DNA of 56,771 nucleotides. Source: Bryobacterales bacterium (lineage in GTDB: Bacteria; Acidobacteriota; Terriglobia; Bryobacterales; Bryobacteraceae). Below are positions 46,521 through 54,929 of this stretch, one piece after another. The stretch covers positions 1-56,771 of the forward strand of contig JAUYBU010000048.1 in the NCBI GenBank assembly GCA_030693045.1, read 5' to 3'. Both the position numbers and the translations under genes were made by a program. Below the pieces are notes generated by a model. It saw only the letters and a list, made by a program, of their open reading frames with translations. It ran no database searches and was not told where the DNA came from. Within the stretch, counting starts at the first letter, position 1; each line of letters begins with the position of its first letter.

Positions 46521-46669
46521 CAGTGTGCCCGGAAGGAGCGGGCCCCGGCGTGAGACCGGACAGCCGCAGCAGACTATCGGGTCGATTACTTCCTTGACTT
46601 GGCCTCCCGTCACGTGTTTGAATTTCTATCGAGGCGATAATCACCATCAACTCGCATGGTGAGGGTACC

Positions 46670-47098
46670 GTGAAAATCAGCACCAGGGTGCAATACGCAC
46701 TTCGCATGATGGCCGACGTTGCCAGGAACGGCGGCCAGGGAGAAGTTGTACCCGTCGGAGACATCGCCCGCCGCCAGAATCTCTCCAGGCTCTATCTTTC
46801 CCAACTGACGGTCCCGCTCAAGAACGCCGGCTTGCTGAAGAGCGTTTGGGGCAACAAAGGGGGCTTCGTACTTGGCCGGCCGGCAGGAGTAATCAAGGTG
46901 CTGGACATCATGGAGGCCGTGGACGGCCCGGTCTGCCTGATCGACTGCATTTACGATCCCACCTACTGCGATCGAACCGCGAATTGCGAATGCATACGAG
47001 TCTGGCGCGAGGTCAACGAAGGGATCGTCCGGACTCTGTCGAGTTGCACGCTGGAAGATCTCATCCACCCCAAAATAAACTCTGGAGCCCGGTCATGA
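46670..47098 (+). CDS. Rrf2 family transcription regulator with a Cys cluster (probable Fe-S)
   Basis: KISTRVQYALR, YLSQL...LK.AGL.KS..G..GGF.L and CLIDC.....YC.....CEC. Confidence 0.9.
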   Translation: MKISTRVQYALRMMADVARNGGQGEVVPVGDIARRQNLSRLYLSQLTVPLKNAGLLKSVWGNKGGFVLGRPAGVIKVLDIMEAVDGPVCLIDCIYDPTYCDRTANCECIRVWREVNEGIVRTLSSCTLEDLIHPKINSGARS

Positions 47099-47646
47099 CC
47101 GCAACCGCGACGGCTACCACGCCGATCGAGAGGAAAGTGCACCAGACCGTCGTCCGCCTCATGCAAGGGGACCTGACGGCGCTGGAGGTAGACGCCTTCG
47201 TCCACTACGCCAAGGAGAATCTGGAACTCGGTTCCGGCTACGGGACCGCCATCCAGAGCCGCGGGGGCGGAGCGGTGAAGAAGGAAGTGGAAAAGATCGG
47301 CGGCATCCGGATGGGCGAGGCGGTGATGACCACGGCCGGCGGGATGGCGGCGAAACATATCATTCACGCCTGCGGGCCGAAATTCCAGGAATCGGACACG
47401 GAGGGCAAACTCCGCGACTGCATGAATTCGGCGCTGCAAATCGCCCGGGAGAACGGCCTGAAAAGCGTCGCCTTCCCGCCCATGGGCGCCGGGTTCTATG
47501 GCGTGCCCCTGGCGCTTTCCGCGCAAGTGATGATCGACGCGATCCGCAGCGCCGCCGCGGCCGGGACGCCGCCCGAAGTGATCATCATCTGCACGGTTGA
47601 CGGACGCGACTTCCTGGCATTCAAGAACCAGGTCGGGGCTCTTTGA
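47095..47646 (+). CDS. Macro domain protein (atypical)
   Basis: QGDLT..EVDAFV, GEAV.T.AG...AKHIIHACGP and VAFPPMGAGFYG motifs; NAAN is replaced by HYAK. Confidence 0.85.
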   Translation: MTATATATTPIERKVHQTVVRLMQGDLTALEVDAFVHYAKENLELGSGYGTAIQSRGGGAVKKEVEKIGGIRMGEAVMTTAGGMAAKHIIHACGPKFQESDTEGKLRDCMNSALQIARENGLKSVAFPPMGAGFYGVPLALSAQVMIDAIRSAAAAGTPPEVIIICTVDGRDFLAFKNQVGAL

Positions 47647-47658
47647 CGAAAGGACGGC

Positions 47659-48351
47659 ATGGAATTGGATACCACTAGCCCGCTCTTGCACTTCGCGGAA
47701 GACAAGCTTCAGATCTTCGCGCTGTCCTTCAAGGCGCTGGTCTACATCCTGAAGATTCGCTGGATATTGAAATTTCCCGCCGGCAAAGACCGCCAGGCGC
47801 CCGGCGGGAGCCCTGACACGAGCGCGCAAAAGGGAGCGATCCACTCCCTATTTAACATCGCGTTGCCCTGGGAGATGGCCAGCACGCGCCAGCACCCATT
47901 CTTCTATGTCCAATTCGTGATCTTCCACATTGGCGTCGCCGCCTCCATTCTCATGTCGCTTCTAATTCCCTACGTTCCGGAATGGATCGCGGGCAGGGCC
48001 GCGGTGGTCGCGCTTCAGTCGATCTTCGCCGCGGCATTCCTGGTGGGGCTGGTCCGAATGGCGCGGCGTCTCACCGATCCATACATCCGCGGCATCAGCA
48101 CCCCGGACGATTATTTCTCGCTGGCACTGCTGGTGGTCTGGCTCGGGTTCAGTTTTCTGGCGGCGCCGAATGACCGTCAGTCCGGCGAGTGGCCGCTGCT
48201 GGCGTACTTCTTCCTGACGGCCTTCTTCCTGGTTTACGTTCCTTTCAGCAAGATCTCGCACTATCTTTTCTACCCGTTCGCGCGCTGGTATCTCGGCAGG
48301 ACGCTGGGGCACAGAGGCGTTTATCCGGTGAAATCGGGGGCGCGCGCATGA
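47659..48351 (+). CDS. tmcC: TmcC-like/NarI-family membrane cytochrome b subunit
   Basis: About 5 TMs; NIALPWEMASTR, FHIGV, ISTPDDYFSL and YVPFSKISHY motifs. Confidence 0.7.
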   Translation: MELDTTSPLLHFAEDKLQIFALSFKALVYILKIRWILKFPAGKDRQAPGGSPDTSAQKGAIHSLFNIALPWEMASTRQHPFFYVQFVIFHIGVAASILMSLLIPYVPEWIAGRAAVVALQSIFAAAFLVGLVRMARRLTDPYIRGISTPDDYFSLALLVVWLGFSFLAAPNDRQSGEWPLLAYFFLTAFFLVYVPFSKISHYLFYPFARWYLGRTLGHRGVYPVKSGARA

Positions 48352-50075
48352 GCGAGACAAGATCCTACAAGGCGCAGAAACTGGTCGAGCGGCTGCAAGT
48401 CAAGGTCAACCGCCAGATCATGCTCTCGCTCGAGGCGTGCGTGCATTGCGGCCTATGCACGGACCAATGCCACTACGTGCTGTCCAATCCGGGAGACGTG
48501 ACTTATGCCCCGGCCTACAAGGCGGACAGAATCCGAAAGCTGTTCAAGGCGCACATCGACTGGACGGGCAAGACGCTCCCCTGGTGGGTCGGCGCCAAGA
48601 GCGTTTACACGGACCAGGAATTGGAGGATCTCAAGGACACGGTCTTCGGCAAATGCACCAACTGCCGGCGCTGTTCGCTCAACTGCCCGATGGGCGTCGA
48701 CATGGCGGTATTCAACCGCATGGCGCGCGGGTTGCTGGTGCATGTCGGCGTGATGCCCGAGGGCGTGGCGGTGGTGGCCAAGGACCAGTGGGAAATCGGC
48801 AACCAGATGGGAGTGCTCAAGGAAGACTACCTCGAGACACTCACTTGGATGGAGGAAGAGTTACAGTCCGAGTACAACGATCACTCGATCCGGATTCCGA
48901 TCGACAAGATGGATGCCGATGTGGTCTACTCGATCAATCCGCGCGAGGCCAAATACGACCCTCGCACGATTGCCGAGGCGGCGGCCATCTTCCACTTCGC
49001 CGGCGAAAACTGGACCATGCCCAGCCAAGGCTGGGACATGACTAACTTCGGCCTGTTTAACGGCGACGACGAGTTGGGCGGCGCGGTGGGCGGCCGGTTG
49101 TATGACGCGGTCGAGCGGCTGCGCGGCAAGAAGCTGGTGATTTCCGAATGCGGGCACGGGTTCCGCTCGACCCGCTGCGAAGCGCCGAACTGGGGCAAGC
49201 GGGACGTGGCTTTCCCGATGGAAAGCGCCGTCATCACCATGCTCGGCTACATCAAGCAAGGCCGCATCCAGGTGGACAAGAGCAAGAACTCCGAGCCGGT
49301 TACCTACCACGATTCCTGCAACAACGCACGCAGTTGCGGCATGACGGAGGAACCTCGCGAACTGCTGAACCTGGTGTGTTCGGATTTCCGCGAGATGCAC
49401 CCCAACCGCGCCGAGAACTTCTGCTGCACCGGCGGCGGCGGCGCGATGTCGATGACCGAGTACGCTCCGCGGCGTCTCAAGTCGGCCCGGATCAAGGCCG
49501 ATCAACTGAAGGCCACCGGCGCTAAGATCGTTGTCACTTCCTGTCACAACTGCGTGGATGGCCTGTTCGATCTGATCAAGCACTACAAGCTCGACATGCA
49601 GGTGAAACTGCTGGTGAACCTGGTTGCCAGCGCGCTGGTGGTTCCGGAACGCCCCTCCAGGAAGATGAGGCCGCTGGAGGGATACAAGATTCTGGTCATC
49701 GACGACGAGCCGGATATCAGGGTCTACCTGGGCAAGATCTTCAAGGATCAGGGCTGCCTGGTCACCGAAGCGCCCGACGCCAACCAGGGCATGCGCGCCA
49801 TCAAGGCCGACAGACCCGATCTGGTCACGCTGGACCTGATTCTCCCTTACATGACGGGCGAGAAGCTGTACTGGGAATTGCGCAAGGACCAGAAGACCGC
49901 GGACCTGCCGGTGGTTATCGTGTCCGGGTATGCGGCGGTGGACTCGCCGAGGATCGACTTCTTCGGATTCCTTGCCGAAAAGCGTCTGCCGCAGCCCAAC
50001 GGATTCCTAGAAAAGCCGGTTGACCCGGAGAAGTTGATCGAGACGGTGCGGGCCGTTCTCCTGGAGAAGGCGTGA
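48348..50075 (+). CDS. tmcB: TmcB/HdrD-like Fe-S, CCG-domain oxidoreductase fused to a C-terminal response-regulator receiver domain
   Basis: CVHCGLCTDQC, CTNCRRCSLNCP, ECGHG, YHDSCN, CCTGGGG and SCHNC; then ILVIDDE...PDLVTLDLILP...VSG...EKP. Confidence 0.8.
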   Translation: MSETRSYKAQKLVERLQVKVNRQIMLSLEACVHCGLCTDQCHYVLSNPGDVTYAPAYKADRIRKLFKAHIDWTGKTLPWWVGAKSVYTDQELEDLKDTVFGKCTNCRRCSLNCPMGVDMAVFNRMARGLLVHVGVMPEGVAVVAKDQWEIGNQMGVLKEDYLETLTWMEEELQSEYNDHSIRIPIDKMDADVVYSINPREAKYDPRTIAEAAAIFHFAGENWTMPSQGWDMTNFGLFNGDDELGGAVGGRLYDAVERLRGKKLVISECGHGFRSTRCEAPNWGKRDVAFPMESAVITMLGYIKQGRIQVDKSKNSEPVTYHDSCNNARSCGMTEEPRELLNLVCSDFREMHPNRAENFCCTGGGGAMSMTEYAPRRLKSARIKADQLKATGAKIVVTSCHNCVDGLFDLIKHYKLDMQVKLLVNLVASALVVPERPSRKMRPLEGYKILVIDDEPDIRVYLGKIFKDQGCLVTEAPDANQGMRAIKADRPDLVTLDLILPYMTGEKLYWELRKDQKTADLPVVIVSGYAAVDSPRIDFFGFLAEKRLPQPNGFLEKPVDPEKLIETVRAVLLEKA

Positions 50076-50080
50076 GACCC

Positions 50081-50171
50081 AATTTCGGGGACAGGCTACG
50101 AAATCCCGAAACTCGGCTTCGCGTCGCTGCCGGCAGGGTATTTCGGGATTTCGTAGCCTGTCCCCGAAATT
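50081..50171. repeat. 91-bp MITE/REP-like element with 31-bp perfect inverted repeats
   Basis: AATTTCGGGGACAGGCTACGAAATCCCGAAA (50081-50111) is the exact reverse complement of 50141-50171. Confidence 0.87.
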
Positions 50172-50192
50172 CGCTCTGAAAGGACGGTCGCA

Positions 50193-51629
50193 ATGACGGT
50201 TCAGCTCGACGGACTGGAAAACGCCGGCAGGCGGCTGTTTGACGAAGCTCCCTGCTACATCTCGATTCAGGACCGGGAATTTCGCGTTATCGACGCGAAC
50301 CGGGCGGTGTTGGAGGGGTTCGGCGACGCGATCTCCAAGAACTGCTATGCGGTCTTCAAGGGCCGGCGGGAGCGCTGCACGGAATGCCCGGTGGCGCACA
50401 CTTTCGAAGACGGCCGCGAACACTGCATCGAGGAAGTGATCTTCGACAGCCGGGGCTTGCCGCACGAGGTGATTGTCCGCACGCGGCCGCTGCGTGATGC
50501 GAGCGGCGCTGTCACGGCGGTGATGCAACTGTTCACCGACATTACCGTGCAGAAGGAATTGGAACACCGCCTGCACGAAAGCCTCAATCGTTTTCACAGC
50601 CTCTTCGACATTTCGCCTTGCTTCGTTTCGGTCCAGAACCGGGACCTGCGCGTGGTGGAGGCGAACACCCAATTCAAAGAGACTTTCGGAAACCCGGCGG
50701 GCAGACACTGCTACGAGATCTACAAGCGACACAAGGAGCGTTGCCCCGAGTGTCCGGTGCTGGAGTCATTCGCCGACGGCAAGGCGCATACCCGCGAGAG
50801 CGTCTGGGTGGACAGAAGCGGAAAAGAAGTGTTGGTGGTGGTGCAGACGGCGCCGATCCGCGACTCCCTCGGCAATGTCGTCGATGTGATGAAGGTGTCC
50901 ACCGACATCACCGAGGTCCGCGTGCTTCAGGACCAGCTCGCCTCTCTGGGCAAACTGGTCGGCGGCATCGCCCACAGCGTCAAGAACGTGCTCGAGGGGT
51001 TGCGCGGCGGCGTCTATATCGTCAATCTCGGGTTCCGCGATAACAATCAGGAGGACATTCGCACGGGCTGGGCCATGGTGGAGCGAAACGTCGCACGCAT
51101 CTCCAGCATGGTGATGGACATGCTCTACTGCGCCAAGGACCGCTCGCCGCGCCGGCTTCCGGTTTCGCTTCCCTCCGTGCTGGGCGAGGTTGTCGAGCTG
51201 TTCCGGCCACGCGCGACCGAATGCGGCATCCGGCTGGAAACGGAGGTCGCCGAGGGAGATTGCGTCGTGCCCGGCGAGCCGAAGGACATCCACTCGCTGA
51301 TCTCGAACCTGATCACGAACGCCATTGACGCATGTTGTTCCGAGCAGGACGGGAAGAAGCCGCACCGCGTGCTGGCGCGCGTACGCCGCGACGGAGATTG
51401 GGCCGTGCTGGAAGTGGAAGACAACGGCGCGGGCATGGACGAAGAGGCGCACGGGAAGCTGTTCACCACCTTCTACTCGACCAAGGGCGCATACGGCACC
51501 GGCCTGGGATTGCTGGTTTCCCACAAAGTGGCGACCGAGCATGGCGGAACGATTTCGGCCCGGTCGGCGCCGGGTGAAGGCGCCACATTCACGGTGAAAC
51601 TCCCCCTCCAAACCGGAGAGACCAAATGA
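50193..51629 (+). CDS. Cytoplasmic PAS-PAS sensor histidine kinase
   Basis: Two Cys-bearing PAS repeats; H-box GIAHSVKN, N-box NLITNAIDA, DNGAG, FYSTK and GTGLGL motifs; no TM. Confidence 0.92.
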   Translation: MTVQLDGLENAGRRLFDEAPCYISIQDREFRVIDANRAVLEGFGDAISKNCYAVFKGRRERCTECPVAHTFEDGREHCIEEVIFDSRGLPHEVIVRTRPLRDASGAVTAVMQLFTDITVQKELEHRLHESLNRFHSLFDISPCFVSVQNRDLRVVEANTQFKETFGNPAGRHCYEIYKRHKERCPECPVLESFADGKAHTRESVWVDRSGKEVLVVVQTAPIRDSLGNVVDVMKVSTDITEVRVLQDQLASLGKLVGGIAHSVKNVLEGLRGGVYIVNLGFRDNNQEDIRTGWAMVERNVARISSMVMDMLYCAKDRSPRRLPVSLPSVLGEVVELFRPRATECGIRLETEVAEGDCVVPGEPKDIHSLISNLITNAIDACCSEQDGKKPHRVLARVRRDGDWAVLEVEDNGAGMDEEAHGKLFTTFYSTKGAYGTGLGLLVSHKVATEHGGTISARSAPGEGATFTVKLPLQTGETK

Positions 51630-52030
51630 AGAAGATACTCGTCGTTGACGATGAAGAAGACGTTCGCACTTACCTTGGCAGGCTCTTCCAGGAGAGCGGC
51701 TATGAGGTCGCCTGCGCCGGTGACGGCAACCAGGCGCTCGAGCAGGTCGAGAAGGAAAGACCGGACCTCATCACGCTCGATCTTTCGATGCCCGCGAAGT
51801 CGGGAGTGAAGTTTTACCGCGAGATCAAGGCGAAACCGGAACTGAGCGGCGTCGCGGTGGTTCTTGTAACCGGCGTCACCGGTCCGGGCGGTAGTGCGGC
51901 CGACACCGAGCGCTTTTACAGCACCAGGCGCCAGACGCCACCGCCGGACGGTTTCATAGCCAAGCCCATAGACCGCGAGGAAATACTCGACATCGTGAGC
52001 CGGCTGATTGGCCCCGGAGAACGGGCATGA
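51626..52030 (+). CDS. Single-domain response regulator
   Basis: ILVVDDE, PDLITLDLSMP..SG, VTG and AKP motifs. Confidence 0.92.
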   Translation: MKKILVVDDEEDVRTYLGRLFQESGYEVACAGDGNQALEQVEKERPDLITLDLSMPAKSGVKFYREIKAKPELSGVAVVLVTGVTGPGGSAADTERFYSTRRQTPPPDGFIAKPIDREEILDIVSRLIGPGERA

Positions 52031-52929
52031 CGCTGGCCGTGTATGTGATCATCTATGCCGCCGCGCTGGTCTTCCTGATCGCCTCGGTGGTGCGCGCGGT
52101 CCGGTACGCCAGGCTTCCGCTGCATTTGCGCTGGGAACTGTACCCTGTACCTCACGAGGAGCCCGAACGCGTGAAGCACGGAGGTTCTTACTTCGAAAAA
52201 GTGGACTGGTGGGAGAAACCGACTCACTTCAACTGGTGGGGCGAGGTGAAATTCATGACCCCCGAGATGCTCTTTCTGAAGGGCCTTTGGGAGTTCAATC
52301 GCAGTCTCTGGTTCCGCTCGTTCCCGTTCCATTTCGGCTTGTACCTGGTCCTCGCCACGATCGGGCTTCTGATCGCCAGCGTGCTGATTGGAACCTCCGC
52401 GCTGCACGCCTGCTACATGCTGACCGGGATCGCCGGCGCGGCGTTGACGGTTGCGGGCGCACTGGGCTTGCTCCTGCGCCGGTTGACGGACCCGAACCTC
52501 AAGAACGGCACTACGCCGGCCGACATATTCAACCTGGTATTCTTCGTCGTGGTCTTCGGCCTGCTCGCCGCCGGTTACCTGACGGCGGGGGCGAGCTTTC
52601 CGGGCATGTTGGTGCTGGTGCACGGCCTGCTGACTTTCAATGTGAGCGTCGATATCCCGCTGGTGCTCGCAGCGGGCCTGGTGCTGGGCGCTCTTCTCGC
52701 CGCTTACATCCCGCTTACTCACATGTCGCACTTCATCGCGAAGTACTTCACCTATCACTCGATACGCTGGGACGACGCGCCGAATCGTGGCGACGTCAGG
52801 CTGGCGAGGAGGATCGCCGCGAACCTTACTTACCGGCCGACATGGGCGGCGCCTCATATCGGCGCCGATGGCAAGAAGACCTGGGCCGAAATCGCGACCA
52901 CGAATCCAGCGTCAGGGACGAAGAAATGA
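52027..52929 (+). CDS. dsrM: DsrM-like/NarI-family membrane cytochrome b subunit
   Basis: About 6 TMs; HLRWELYPVPHE, FHFGLY and YIPLTHMSHF (putative heme His ligands). Confidence 0.7.
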   Translation: MTLAVYVIIYAAALVFLIASVVRAVRYARLPLHLRWELYPVPHEEPERVKHGGSYFEKVDWWEKPTHFNWWGEVKFMTPEMLFLKGLWEFNRSLWFRSFPFHFGLYLVLATIGLLIASVLIGTSALHACYMLTGIAGAALTVAGALGLLLRRLTDPNLKNGTTPADIFNLVFFVVVFGLLAAGYLTAGASFPGMLVLVHGLLTFNVSVDIPLVLAAGLVLGALLAAYIPLTHMSHFIAKYFTYHSIRWDDAPNRGDVRLARRIAANLTYRPTWAAPHIGADGKKTWAEIATTNPASGTKK

Positions 52930-54536
52930 AGAAGGCTCCAGTCCGGCTGGACGATCTTGCCGGCGCCGGGAAAAGGCCTCTGATCCATCTAGAGAACGAA
53001 GATCTGATGTCATTGCCCGCGCCCCTCGACCATCCTTCGAAGGATCACAACTGGCCGCCGCTCTCCGCGCAGGCCGGAGAGAAATTCGAGTGCTTCCTCG
53101 ACGACACGTGCGCGGTGAGCATTCCGCAACCGAAAACCAAGGAGGAAGAAGACGCACTGGTGGCCAAGTTCCTCTCCGGGTTGGACAAGCTCTTTGTCAA
53201 GGAGAATAACTGGAGCTTTCTTCAACCCCTGCTGCTGACCATGGAGCATTGCGCCAAGTGCCAGACGTGTTCCGAGGCGTGTCACATCTATGAAGCGTCG
53301 GGCCGGGAAGAGATCTACCGGCCGACCTTTCGCTCCGAAATCCTCCGGCGGCTGTACTTCAAGTACGTGAAACACGGAGGCATGCTTTCCTCCTGGCAGC
53401 ATGGAGCGATCACGCTGAACTGGCCTCTGGTGGCCCGGCTGATCGAACTGTCGTACCGCTGTAACCTCTGCCGCCGCTGTGCGCAGACCTGCCCTATCGG
53501 CGTCGACAACGGACTGGTAGCGCACGAACTCAGGAAGTTATTCAGCCAGGAAATGGGGATCGCGCCGAAAGAGATTCACGACAACGGCTCGATGCTTCAG
53601 CTCAGGGTCGGCTCTTCGACCGGCATGAACTCCGAAGTGGTCAAGGACAACATCGAGTTCATTGACGAGGACATCAGCGAGAAGGCCGGCATCCATGTGG
53701 AGACCCCGTGGGACGTCGAGGGCGCCGACGTGCTGCTGATTCACAACGCCGGCGAGATCATGGCCTGGCCCGAGAATCCCGGCGCGTTCGCCCTGATTCT
53801 CAACGCCGCCGGCATCAAGTGGACCCTGTCTTCCGAGATCGCCGGTTACGACTCCATCAACTACGGCCTGTGGTACGACGACGCCCAGTTCGCGCGCGTC
53901 GCGATCAAGCACGCCGAGGCGGCCAAGAAGCTGAAGGTAAAAAAGATCGTTCTGGGCGAATGCGGGCATGCGCACAAAGCGCTCTCCGTCATCGCGGACC
54001 GGATCCTCACCGGCGACCTGAACATCCCGCGCGAAAGTTCCATGACCCTGCTGCGCGACATCGTGATGAGCGATCGCATTAAGCTCGATCCCAGTCGGAA
54101 CGACTTTCCCGTGACGCTGCACGATCCCTGCAACCTGGTGCGGCTGATGGGCGTGGTGGAACCGCAGCGCGAGATCGTCCGCAAGATCTGTCCCAAGTTC
54201 CGGGAGATGGAGCCTCACGGCGTGGACAATTACTGTTGCGGCGGCGGAAGCGGCTTCGCCATTATGAGCGGCCACAATTTCGCCGACTGGCGATTCCACG
54301 TCTCCGGCCGGAAGAAGATCGAGCAGATCCTCAACGCCTTCGCCAACTGCACGGATGCCTCCATTCCGAAGTACGTCTGCGCCCCGTGCAGCAACTGCAA
54401 GGGGATGATCCGAGACATGATCGCGTACTACAATCTCTGGGAGAGCAACCGGATTCACTATGGCGGCCTGGTGGAACTGATCGTCAACGCCATGGTGGAC
54501 GTGAAGCCGGGTTTCATCGATTGGGAGTGGCGCTGA
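52926..54536 (+). CDS. dsrK: DsrK-like Fe-S, CCG-domain oxidoreductase
   Basis: CAKCQTCSEAC, CNLCRRCAQTCP, ECGHA, TLHDPCN, CCGGGSG and APCSNCK motifs. Confidence 0.75.
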   Translation: MKKAPVRLDDLAGAGKRPLIHLENEDLMSLPAPLDHPSKDHNWPPLSAQAGEKFECFLDDTCAVSIPQPKTKEEEDALVAKFLSGLDKLFVKENNWSFLQPLLLTMEHCAKCQTCSEACHIYEASGREEIYRPTFRSEILRRLYFKYVKHGGMLSSWQHGAITLNWPLVARLIELSYRCNLCRRCAQTCPIGVDNGLVAHELRKLFSQEMGIAPKEIHDNGSMLQLRVGSSTGMNSEVVKDNIEFIDEDISEKAGIHVETPWDVEGADVLLIHNAGEIMAWPENPGAFALILNAAGIKWTLSSEIAGYDSINYGLWYDDAQFARVAIKHAEAAKKLKVKKIVLGECGHAHKALSVIADRILTGDLNIPRESSMTLLRDIVMSDRIKLDPSRNDFPVTLHDPCNLVRLMGVVEPQREIVRKICPKFREMEPHGVDNYCCGGGSGFAIMSGHNFADWRFHVSGRKKIEQILNAFANCTDASIPKYVCAPCSNCKGMIRDMIAYYNLWESNRIHYGGLVELIVNAMVDVKPGFIDWEWR

Positions 54537-54923
54537 GCGCGCCTTCGAGGACAGCTTCGATCTTGCGGCGCAATTCGGCCGCAAGACGTGGGCGGGCACG
54601 ATGAAGTCGCACGCCCCCGGGTCGTCGGCGACATTCACCGGAATGCCGCGCCGCTTCGCCTCGCGCTCGACACGCCGGTTTGCTTCACGGCAGTTGGTGG
54701 CCGCATATGCGAGACAGGCATCCTTCAAGTCCGAGGGACGAAACGCCCGCCCGATCCGTGTTACGGGTAGCGCGTCGAATTCGGCGGCCCAGGCGGGCGA
54801 GACGACGCTGACTCGCGCTCCCGCCTCGATCAGGCCTTTCGCTTTCCGCAGCCCCACCTTCCCGGCCCCCACCACCACGACGGCCTTTCCTCTCAGGTCA
54901 AGGAATATCGGATAGTGGCGCAT
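54514..54923 (-). pseudogene. Precorrin-2 dehydrogenase/sirohydrochlorin ferrochelatase (CysG N-terminal/SirC-like), frameshifted by internal deletion
   Basis: YPIFLDL.GK.VVVVGAGKVG.RK...VNVADDP..CDFIVPA, then PRLAAELRRKIEAVL continues in another frame from about 54590. The intervening IAISTxG segment is missing. Confidence 0.78.
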
Positions 54924-54929
54924 GAGGGT

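Noticed and set aside
52008..52925. N-terminal extension making DsrK 842 aa (likewise the 1620 start for GH5 and the 1141 start for glycerate kinase)
   Set aside because: The extensions overlap real upstream genes in another frame. The downstream starts are coupled to upstream stops or have a Shine-Dalgarno.
47659..52929. Respiratory nitrate reductase (narI) operon
   Set aside because: The NarI-family proteins are paired with CCG Fe-S subunits, and no narG/H/J is present.
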